Shown: positions 49,473 through 56,149 of the stretch, one piece after another
Numbering within the stretch: position 1 is the stretch's first letter
Layout: every line of letters starts with the position of its first letter
Assembly (NCBI GenBank): GCA_966685145.1
Contig: CBKXXB010000001.1
Span: forward strand, 633-64,632
Origin: an uncultured bacterium
GTDB taxonomy: Bacteria; Patescibacteriota; Saccharimonadia; Saccharimonadales; OFTM59
Reading direction: 5' to 3'
DNA length: 64,000 bases
Made by a program: the position numbers and the translations under genes
The notes under the pieces: generated by a model
Database searches by the model: none
What the model was told of the DNA's origin: nothing
The model's input: only the letters and a program-made list of their open reading frames with translations

Positions 49473-50747
49473 CTATGTAGCATTTATGTTTAAGCTCGCT
49501 TGATGAGTACCTTGAGCTTCGATTTCCTTGGTGTACTGTGCGATACGTGCACCTATTTCCCTGTCAAAATATTCAAAACCTGGCTGCAGGGCAGCTGCGT
49601 ATGCCAGCTTGTCGACTTTAGATACAGGACCAGACTTTCCCTTACCGAAGGGATGAACGATGAAGTAACGCTCCATTATGTTGCCGTAGGTCGTGATAAG
49701 GCGTGTGCCTAGACGCTGGCGCGAACCGACAGTTATTACACACTTTTCCGCTCGCTCCATCCCCAAGTGTCGTGGGGAAACCAAAACCACATGCGGACTG
49801 TACTGAGCATACATGCCTTGGTCCACGTAGTTTTTAACCTGAACTGGAATAATTTCATTTCTGCCAGGGATCATAGAACATAGCAGAATATCCGCACGAA
49901 AGCTTGGTTCTGAAGGATCGCGTAATCGGCCCCGCTCGAAGTCATCTGGAGCGGCAATAGGAAGATACGGCAGGTTCCGGGCCATCACCCATTCCTGTAA
50001 GACCAAGAGTGCCTCTGCTTCGGTTATTGCTGAGCACAAAAGGCCTAAGTGATCGCCCCATTCGTCGGCATGGTGCATCCAATTTGGCGTGTGCCTATCA
50101 TGAGGACGAGTTACCTTTACGCGCATATCTACTACATCCTCCAACTGCAGCTTCCCGGTCGAGTCATAATCGTTTTCAATGGCAATTACGCCGCGGTAAC
50201 CATTTAGCGCGTTGCCCAATATGCGTCGCTCATTCGTTGTGACGTCTTTTATTTCTCTTGCGACTTTCTCATCAGTAAGCGGCCCCTTTGCCGCTCGTCG
50301 ATTAATTTTGCTAATGGCTGAATTGACGAGTTTCCATGAATAGCCGACAAGATTAAAGTGAATAGTGTTTTTATCAATTTCTGAAATGTCGGACAGGGCT
50401 TTTTCCGGCAGTGTATGCGTCTCATCAACAGGACGCCTTGGTAGAGACCTAGCGCCGGGCGGCGGCATCGAGCTTCGTAGGTTAGCAGTCTCTTGCCTAT
50501 GGTTATGTCGGAACCGCCTCACCGATTCCGCCATATCAAGCAGCGCTCCATCTGCCGTAACAACGACTGGAGAAGGCGGACGGTCTGCCAAACTGTCGAT
50601 GTGGCCGTCAAGATATAGGGCCACAACCATATCTGCCAGACCGTTATTTATAACTTCATTAACCTTTTGCTGCGCAATCATTTCTTCGACTGTGTAGTCT
50701 GGGTGCTCAGGCAGTCTAAAGGCTGATACGTACTCATGTCCGTCCAT
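49473..50747 (-). CDS. Hypothetical protein (424 aa, ORFan) with a His/Asp-rich segment
   Basis: Largest ORF of the block, with no family assignable. It contains HDRHTPNWMHHADEWGDH, a possible metal-binding patch. Confidence 0.5.
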   Translation of the reverse strand: MDGHEYVSAFRLPEHPDYTVEEMIAQQKVNEVINNGLADMVVALYLDGHIDSLADRPPSPVVVTADGALLDMAESVRRFRHNHRQETANLRSSMPPPGARSLPRRPVDETHTLPEKALSDISEIDKNTIHFNLVGYSWKLVNSAISKINRRAAKGPLTDEKVAREIKDVTTNERRILGNALNGYRGVIAIENDYDSTGKLQLEDVVDMRVKVTRPHDRHTPNWMHHADEWGDHLGLLCSAITEAEALLVLQEWVMARNLPYLPIAAPDDFERGRLRDPSEPSFRADILLCSMIPGRNEIIPVQVKNYVDQGMYAQYSPHVVLVSPRHLGMERAEKCVITVGSRQRLGTRLITTYGNIMERYFIVHPFGKGKSGPVSKVDKLAYAAALQPGFEYFDREIGARIAQYTKEIEAQGTHQASLNINAT

Positions 50748-50868
50748 TAGATACTTATTCTATAATATTTCCTTGCATTTGCAACCATAAGGTGCTGCTA
50801 TTCTAGCTGCCGCCCAGCGGGTTGGGTGGAGCCCCTTAGCGTTAGTGTGTATTTCTGCCCCTGAAAAC

Positions 50869-51003
50869 CTAAATTTTGAAGAGGCCCTTGATGGCACGTT
50901 TGCGTGCAGTTGTTAGTTTTCGCTTGCCTTTTGTAACCGGAGAATACTTTTGCTTAATGGCCCTCTTTACAGCGCCTTTCTTAGAATACTTGAATAGTCC
51001 CAT
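50869..51003 (-). CDS. Basic micro-protein (44 aa) downstream of the E1-like gene
   Basis: Not in the ORF track. Translation MGLFKYSKKGAVKRAIKQKYSPVTKGKRKLTTARKRAIKGLFKI, about one third Lys/Arg. A strong SD (AGGAGGGG) lies 5 nt upstream of the ATG. Confidence 0.4.
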   Translation of the reverse strand: MGLFKYSKKGAVKRAIKQKYSPVTKGKRKLTTARKRAIKGLFKI

Positions 51004-51062
51004 ATCCCCTCCTCATTATTTAGCTTAAGCATATCATCTCTGCTCTGTTTTTGAATGGCTGG

Positions 51063-51872
51063 TTAGGTTAGCCATTTGTGACAATAGGGGCAAGGAGCAG
51101 TGTCTTTTTTGCTACTCCTAAGCGAGTTTAGGTCAGCCCTGTAAACCAGATGTTTGGCTGGAGCCGCCAAGCCGGTTATGAGTTTCACGGCTTCAGTAAT
51201 GGCCAAGGAGGCAACTGCACCGTTTAGACTAACTACCGAAGGACCACTCTTTTTTAAATCCTTAGCATCAACTCCGTAGATTTTGGCCTGTGTTTCTAGC
51301 TCAGCATTATTCATCCGATGAACCCTTATGTCCTGTTGGCTTAGCTCATCAAGGCAATACAAACAGCCAAGGCTGGTACCGGCAATTACTACACGACCAC
51401 CGTACGCAGCAGGTAAGTTTTCATCAGTTTGTACATCAGTTGCTACATCTATATACACTTTCCTTAACTCAGCAGCAGTTTGAGTTGCAAGTAACCGGGC
51501 ATAATCATTGTCTAATCCGCCCATGATTACATCCACGTCTGCTAATGTGGCTCGTAAATCGATGTCTTGTAAATAGTTATCAACTGTGGCAACGTCAGCT
51601 TTTGGTTGGATATTATGAATCAGACGTGCCGCAACTTCTACCTTCAGCCGCCCGATGTCTTCGGCTGTTGCACCGACCAAGCGGTTGAGATTTTTATTCT
51701 CTACTTTATCTCCATCGACCAATATAAATGTGCGAGCACCGAGATAGGCGAATTGCTGCGCAAAATGAGATCCAAGCCCGCCTAGGCCAAGTAGCGCAAA
51801 CTTTGTGCGTTCGATTTTCTTTTGGCCTTTTTTGCCGAAGAGTTCAGTTTGTCGAATATAACGGTCACTCAT
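51063..51872 (-). CDS. ThiF/MoeB-family E1-like adenylyltransferase
   Basis: Likely start MSDRYIRQTELFG at 51872. An alternative ATG at 51932 would overlap the JAB gene. Nucleotide-binding motif LLGLGGLGSHFAQQFAYLG. Two CxxC pairs (GCLYC, CPYC) consistent with the structural zinc site of MoeB/ThiF-type E1s. No other cysteine. The ATG overlaps the JAB stop region (ATGAGTGA). Confidence 0.75.
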   Translation of the reverse strand: MSDRYIRQTELFGKKGQKKIERTKFALLGLGGLGSHFAQQFAYLGARTFILVDGDKVENKNLNRLVGATAEDIGRLKVEVAARLIHNIQPKADVATVDNYLQDIDLRATLADVDVIMGGLDNDYARLLATQTAAELRKVYIDVATDVQTDENLPAAYGGRVVIAGTSLGCLYCLDELSQQDIRVHRMNNAELETQAKIYGVDAKDLKKSGPSVVSLNGAVASLAITEAVKLITGLAAPAKHLVYRADLNSLRSSKKDTAPCPYCHKWLT

Positions 51873-52374
51873 ATGCACCTTTTTGGATAGCGGACAGGCT
51901 GAGACCTGTTGGCCGAGTCGAATTGTCTTCAACGCGCAAACCAGAAAGCGTCTCCGGCTTATCCACTATGTGCCAGACGAGTGCGTCAAAGTCGTTTTCA
52001 GTAAAAACTAGCGCAACATATGGCCGACCTTTAAGCCGCCAGAGCATATGAGGAACCAACTCGGCTAGCCCGTCCATATCTGTCAGACTAAACTGAGCAG
52101 ACCATCCAAATCCATTATGAGCGTGCGCTTCGATCACCACGTAATTATTGGCATGCGCGTGTTTAATAATTTCAGGCCGCACATGATCTGCTAAGCCGAG
52201 ACCATTCCAGTTATGATGCGCGTAATCCTTTTCAGTCAGAAGCTTAACTTCCTTGACCATAAGCCTTTGCCCTGAGTCATCCATCAACGCAAACAAGAAG
52301 GCAATTTCCTCCGATTGACTAGCCAGGTAATCCTTCATCACTCTATAATCAGCGCGGGGAATCTGTAGGTCCAT
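51865..52374 (-). CDS. JAB/MPN (JAMM) metallopeptidase
   Basis: 169 aa. Upstream Glu (SEEIAFLFAL), then IEAHAHNGFGWSAQFSLTD. The ExnHxHx7-10Sx2-5D arrangement is characteristic of JAMM isopeptidases. Its start is 1 nt after the E2-like gene's stop. Confidence 0.7.
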   Translation of the reverse strand: MDLQIPRADYRVMKDYLASQSEEIAFLFALMDDSGQRLMVKEVKLLTEKDYAHHNWNGLGLADHVRPEIIKHAHANNYVVIEAHAHNGFGWSAQFSLTDMDGLAELVPHMLWRLKGRPYVALVFTENDFDALVWHIVDKPETLSGLRVEDNSTRPTGLSLSAIQKGAYE

Positions 52375-52375
52375 A

Positions 52376-52762
52376 CTAATTAATCTCCGCTAAACGATGT
52401 TTGAATGAGTGGGCAAAATGGAGCATACCCATGCCCTCACCCGGCACGCTACCGGGTTGCCAGTTTTCTAACTCCCAAGAAAATTTAAGCCACTGTCCAT
52501 CTCTGGGAACATCGCTGGAATACTCACTATTGCTTGGTTTATCACCGTTTGCCAGCTGCAAACCATCCCGTACCCAAAATGCATATGGCCTTTCTCCCGG
52601 AAAACCTGCCGGGATCTGAAATGCAATCTCGGCAGACTGCCGCCCCCAACCTATCGGCAGCAGGTAATTCTTGATGATTATCCAGTTCCCTTCCGCAACA
52701 TGCACAAGGTCTGGCCAGCGACTCCTGAGTGTCGCCAGTGAATGCTCAATCCACTCTTGCAT
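52376..52762 (-). CDS. E2/UEV-like (UBC-fold-like) protein lacking cysteine
   Basis: 128 aa. IAFQIPAGFPGERPYAFWV resembles the UBC/UEV 'FxIxFPxxYPxxPPxVxF' beta-hairpin signature. The protein has no Cys at all. It lies 5 nt downstream of the Ubl gene and abuts the JAB gene. Confidence 0.45.
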   Translation of the reverse strand: MQEWIEHSLATLRSRWPDLVHVAEGNWIIIKNYLLPIGWGRQSAEIAFQIPAGFPGERPYAFWVRDGLQLANGDKPSNSEYSSDVPRDGQWLKFSWELENWQPGSVPGEGMGMLHFAHSFKHRLAEIN

Positions 52763-52767
52763 AGCAG

Positions 52768-53016
52768 CTAGCCCCGCTTAAAGCCAATCTTTCGACTGAA
52801 ACCGTTCCCGGGCTTTACATCTACGGCTTCATTCTCGCGTAGCTCCCGCTCACTATTGTCCTTGAAGTCAATGATGAGTATTGGCTGATTATCGGTTATA
52901 CCAACTAACGTGCGAATTTCCGGCGGCGTAATTGTATCCTTATGCCAGTCATAATCTGTGCCTTCAAAGTTAATAGTATGCTTTGGCTTTTTCTCGTTAT
53001 TCTTCTCATTACCCAT
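52768..53016 (-). CDS. Small ubiquitin-like (beta-grasp, multiubiquitin-domain-like) protein with C-terminal Gly
   Basis: 82 aa: MGNEKNNEKKPKHTINFEGTDYDWHKDTITPPEIRTLVGITDNQPILIIDFKDNSERELRENEAVDVKPGNGFSRKIGFKRG. It ends ...KRG followed directly by the stop codon, so a terminal Gly is available for adenylation. Strong SD (AAGAGGAGAG) 6 nt upstream. It is the first gene of a four-gene block with E2-like, JAB and E1-like partners. Confidence 0.5.
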   Translation of the reverse strand: MGNEKNNEKKPKHTINFEGTDYDWHKDTITPPEIRTLVGITDNQPILIIDFKDNSERELRENEAVDVKPGNGFSRKIGFKRG

Positions 53017-53095
53017 TCTAACTCTCCTCTTTTATTAGATGTTTTTGCTTTCCTCACACCTGGCCTCGGTGCGCCTCAAGACAATTTAATAGTAG

Positions 53096-53109
53096 CGCTA
53101 CATGTAGCG
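53096..53109. promoter_or_regulatory. Perfect 14-bp palindrome in the leader of the Ubl operon
   Basis: CGCTACATGTAGCG reads identically on both strands. It lies about 80 bp upstream of the Ubl start codon in a 424-bp non-coding spacer. Confidence 0.3.
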
Positions 53110-53397
53110 TTTAGCAATAGCATTTAGGCACAATATGTAGTTTTATTTGCAATGACTTTTGCCAGTTTCCAACTACTTTCCACCGCTTTTGAATGGTTGG
53201 ATTCATTCGTCCAGGCACTGATAAGTCCTGATGAGTGAATGTCAAAAGCACAATTGATAGCGGAGGATTTGTTTGAGTCCGAAGGACGAGTTGTCCGAAG
53301 CATTGTGGCTTCTGCCGGTGAAATCATAAAGAGCCGGCAGTCGCCTGTCGTTTCTTTGGATGCTTTCTTTGTCAATACAAGAAAGTATCTTGCGCCA

Positions 53398-53430
53398 GCA
53401 ATGAAACGGCGGCAATGAAACGGCGGCAAT
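53398..53430. repeat. Tandem direct repeat (14-bp unit, about 2.4 copies)
   Basis: GCAATGAAACGGCG GCAATGAAACGGCG GCAAT, read directly from the sequence. It sits at the distal end of the Ubl-operon leader, directly downstream of the 90-aa acidic ORF. Confidence 0.6.
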
Positions 53431-53440
53431 ACTATTACCT

Positions 53441-53713
53441 CTACGTATCTGTGTATTTCGGATGTTGCGGTTCCGGATAGGCTTCCAGGCCAAGAGCCTG
53501 TGCCTCGTGTATGATTTCGTTAGCCGCGGCTTCGGCTGACAGCTCAGAAGAATCCTCCACTCTCAGCCTGACCTGTACACCCCCACCATCTACAGGAACC
53601 ATGCTATCCAGAAGCGCGCTCATCAGTTCGTGAAAATCCAGACCGCCTTCTTCAGCTCTAACCACAAAATCAGGATCAGCACCAGCTTTTATCTCAGGGT
53701 TTCCATCGCTCAT
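53441..53713 (-). CDS. Small acidic hypothetical protein (90 aa)
   Basis: MSDGNPEIKAGADPDFVVRAEEGG... is Asp/Glu-rich with no Cys. It lies 23 bp downstream of the tRNA gene on the same strand. Confidence 0.4.
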   Translation of the reverse strand: MSDGNPEIKAGADPDFVVRAEEGGLDFHELMSALLDSMVPVDGGGVQVRLRVEDSSELSAEAAANEIIHEAQALGLEAYPEPQHPKYTDT

Positions 53714-53736
53714 AGATGACCTTATCTTACATTATA

Positions 53737-53809
53737 TGCCCCTGGCAGGATTCGAACCCGCGACCAACTCCTGCGAAGGAGACGCTCTAATCCGCTGAGC
53801 TACAGGGGC
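53737..53809 (-). tRNA. tRNA gene (isotype uncertain; anticodon arm irregular)
   Basis: Minus-strand sequence GCCCCTGTAGCTCAGCGGATTAGAGCGTCTCCTTCGCAGGAGTTGGTCGCGGGTTCGAATCCTGCCAGGGGCA. The 7-bp acceptor stem (GCCCCTG/CAGGGGC), D arm (GCTC...GAGC) and T arm (GCGGG-TTCGAAT-CCTGC) are canonical. No CCA is encoded. The anticodon arm folds only as a 4-bp stem with a 6-nt loop (TCTCC/TTCGCA/GGAGT), or as a 7-nt loop TTCGCAG (anticodon CGC) with a poorly paired stem. Confidence 0.6.
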
Positions 53810-53909
53810 GACTTCTCAATTATACATTTTTGTATCTATTTACTCTTTAGAAGCCCGTCTGCTATAGGTTATTGACTTTTTAGGGATTTTAGGGTAGAAT
53901 ATTCATAAT

Positions 53910-55142
53910 ATGACCGGTGGAAATGTGGAATTACCTTTCGGCGGTGAAATGGAGCCGACCGATTCAGCAGCACCATTATTGCAGGGTGTCGCCTTTGATG
54001 TAATACGAGTTCCTGAACGTCAGGATGCAATAGACGATATTCTCTCCCATCGACGCTGGAGCCCCGAGCGTCGCGTCAAAGAACTGAATACCAAAATCAA
54101 TGACGAATGGGACGACGAGCTGGGTATATCTTACACAGGAATTGAAGGCGAGGAGTTACCAGGCCTTACCATCCATGGCGTAGCCGAAAAGCTGGCATTG
54201 TCAGCTTGCGATGTGACAGATGGGAACTTCGAGGGTGCCAACTTAAACGCCGCCGTGATGACTGCCGTTGCTTTCCGCAGACTGCGAGCCCGCCATGCCA
54301 ATATGGATCATACCGTTTCTCCCCTGTCTTCTTTTGAAGGTGCTGATCTGGAAGACGTCACAGCCATCGAAGGTAATTTTGTCTTCGGAGACCTTAGTGA
54401 CGTCAAGGCGCGCGGTCTGACACTCACGAGCGGTTATCTATTCGGTACGAAAGGTTTGGAAAGAATCATCGAAGATGTGGCCGATATCCGTACTGCCCGG
54501 GTACTGCTGCAGGCAGCCGGCGTCACTGATCCATCCGAAACTCTGAGGGAAGCCTTGGCTGATCGCTTTATGGGCGTACCTGCCGCCCACATAGAGCGAC
54601 AGGTATCCCCTGTCCGCGTCATTCGGCAGGTTAACGCAGCCAACACCTTGCCCGACGAAAAGCGATTGGCTGGCGCAGTGCTTGATGACGTCATCCTAGC
54701 CGGGGCAGGTTTGCACGCCCGGATTATGACCGGCAGCATCTGGCACAAGGTACGGGCACGCGGTTTGGAATTCAGGGGCTCACGGGCAGCCGGATCAGTC
54801 GTACTTGATTCAGACTTGCAGAACATTGATGCAACCGGTCTATGGGTACCTGGCATGTTCGCAGCTAACACGAGCTTCAGGAACAGCGACATGACACGCG
54901 GCAACATGGCTGGTGCTGTTTTTTATAACTGCGATATGACGAATGTCGATACCGAGCGGACGAATGTCGATGGTATCGTCGTCATTGGAGGCCGACCGCC
55001 AGAGTTTGATGAAGAAACCATGAAGCGACTAAAGATTCTCGAGCTTGGCGACCTCCCTACCGCAGTTGCAGAGATAGTCTCGCGTATGGGCGCTTTGTCA
55101 ATTAGCGGACGCTCTACGGCTAACCGCGAGCTCGAACAATAG
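53910..55142 (+). CDS. Pentapeptide-repeat protein
   Basis: 410 aa. Multiple A(D/N)LxX-type pentapeptide units (GANLNAAVMTAV..., FEGADLEDVTAIEGNFVFGDLSDV..., FRNSDMTRGNMAGAVFYNCDMTNVD). Confidence 0.65.
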   Translation: MTGGNVELPFGGEMEPTDSAAPLLQGVAFDVIRVPERQDAIDDILSHRRWSPERRVKELNTKINDEWDDELGISYTGIEGEELPGLTIHGVAEKLALSACDVTDGNFEGANLNAAVMTAVAFRRLRARHANMDHTVSPLSSFEGADLEDVTAIEGNFVFGDLSDVKARGLTLTSGYLFGTKGLERIIEDVADIRTARVLLQAAGVTDPSETLREALADRFMGVPAAHIERQVSPVRVIRQVNAANTLPDEKRLAGAVLDDVILAGAGLHARIMTGSIWHKVRARGLEFRGSRAAGSVVLDSDLQNIDATGLWVPGMFAANTSFRNSDMTRGNMAGAVFYNCDMTNVDTERTNVDGIVVIGGRPPEFDEETMKRLKILELGDLPTAVAEIVSRMGALSISGRSTANRELEQ

Positions 55143-55161
55143 TTGCTCGAGAAGGATTTTT

Positions 55162-55794
55162 ATGCGTGAGCCGCTGTTTACACCCCGCAATCAGCCAGCA
55201 CGCGGTTTAATTATTGAAGGTGATCCTGAGTCGCGCCAAAAAGCACGCCTGTCCGCGGCTCTGCACCGCGCCATAAACCTCGCAATTGAAAGCGCATTTA
55301 GATATGGCGTTGATTTGCCTGTCGGTGCTGTAGCGCTGCAGAGTGAGGAAATTATAGGGCGAGGATTTGCTGGTGATATGCGATTCGGGCAACCACCGCT
55401 TCATGCCGAAATCATGGCACTACTGGACACACGATTTGATGTACAAGGAGGCAAGCCGGATACTGTGGTCGTGTCGACCGAGCCCTGCGTAAGATGCCAG
55501 GATAATCTGGCAGGAGAATCAAGTCTGAAACGTGTAGCGTTTGGTCTTAGTCGCAAGGATTTATCGGACAAAGGATTAATCAGACCCCATGGCGAAGACA
55601 TATTTGAGAGAGCAGAACGAGTCGGACTGCCATATGAGATTACAAGAATTGAAGACAACGACCTAAGGCTTGCGGGACTTACTATCTTTGATCATGTCAC
55701 CCGCGATCCCGGCACAGGGCTTGTAGAGGTTAATTCCGAAACTCTTAACGAGGCTCTTATGAGCTTAAATGAACATGGCCCTTCCGGCTCCTGA
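55162..55794 (+). CDS. CDA-fold zinc deaminase, TadA-like (tRNA adenosine deaminase family) with N- and C-terminal extensions
   Basis: 210 aa. VGAVALQSEEIIGRGFA ... PLHAEIMAL ... TEPCVRCQDNL ... RVAFG. The HAE and PCxxC zinc motifs closely resemble TadA. It carries extra N-terminal (about 40 aa) and C-terminal (about 60 aa) sequence. Confidence 0.65.
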   Translation: MREPLFTPRNQPARGLIIEGDPESRQKARLSAALHRAINLAIESAFRYGVDLPVGAVALQSEEIIGRGFAGDMRFGQPPLHAEIMALLDTRFDVQGGKPDTVVVSTEPCVRCQDNLAGESSLKRVAFGLSRKDLSDKGLIRPHGEDIFERAERVGLPYEITRIEDNDLRLAGLTIFDHVTRDPGTGLVEVNSETLNEALMSLNEHGPSGS

Positions 55795-55933
55795 TAACTG
55801 AATATTAAAAACACGGGCCAGGGCTTGCTTGTGCTTCTTGAGTGCGACTAATTGCCAGCGCAATCTGTTTCTGATTAGCGTACAGGTAGATTATGTTGTA
55901 TTATGATGAACAAAGTAAGCGCAGGAACAAAGC

Positions 55934-56149
55934 ATGAGGGAATTAATGCAACCAAAAATAGATGCCGTTGAAACAGGTGAAATGGCAAAGATTGAAGTAG
56001 CTCTTAGGCTTGTTGACGGCGGCCTTGTAGCGCTCGTCCACAGGGAGCTGGTATCTACGAGTGAAGTTTCCGACTTGCTTCTGGACCTGCGATCGGTGCT
56101 TGACCCGCAACCTCAGGAACCAGAAGCCGTTTCAGCTGCCCAGCAGTAA
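55934..56149 (+). CDS. Small hypothetical protein (71 aa)
   Basis: Short ORF. Coding status uncertain. Confidence 0.3.
   Translation: MRELMQPKIDAVETGEMAKIEVALRLVDGGLVALVHRELVSTSEVSDLLLDLRSVLDPQPQEPEAVSAAQQ

Noticed and set aside
50748-50790. Sigma70-like promoter (TTGCAA, 16 nt, TAGAAT) directly upstream of the 424-aa ORFan
   Set aside because: The spacing is plausible, but it would leave only about 8 nt of leader without an SD. This is too speculative to list as a feature.
53124-53493. Two overlapping minus-strand ORFs (101 and 83 aa) in the long spacer upstream of the Ubl operon
   Set aside because: They overlap each other in different frames, run through the tandem repeat, and the 83-aa one also overlaps the 90-aa acidic ORF. 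Neither has an SD or recognisable features. I treat the region as a non-coding leader, with low certainty.
53737-53809. Considered assigning the tRNA as tRNA-Ala(CGC)
   Set aside because: The acceptor stem lacks the G3:U70 identity pair (it has C3:G70) and the anticodon stem does not pair for a 7-nt loop. The isotype is left open.
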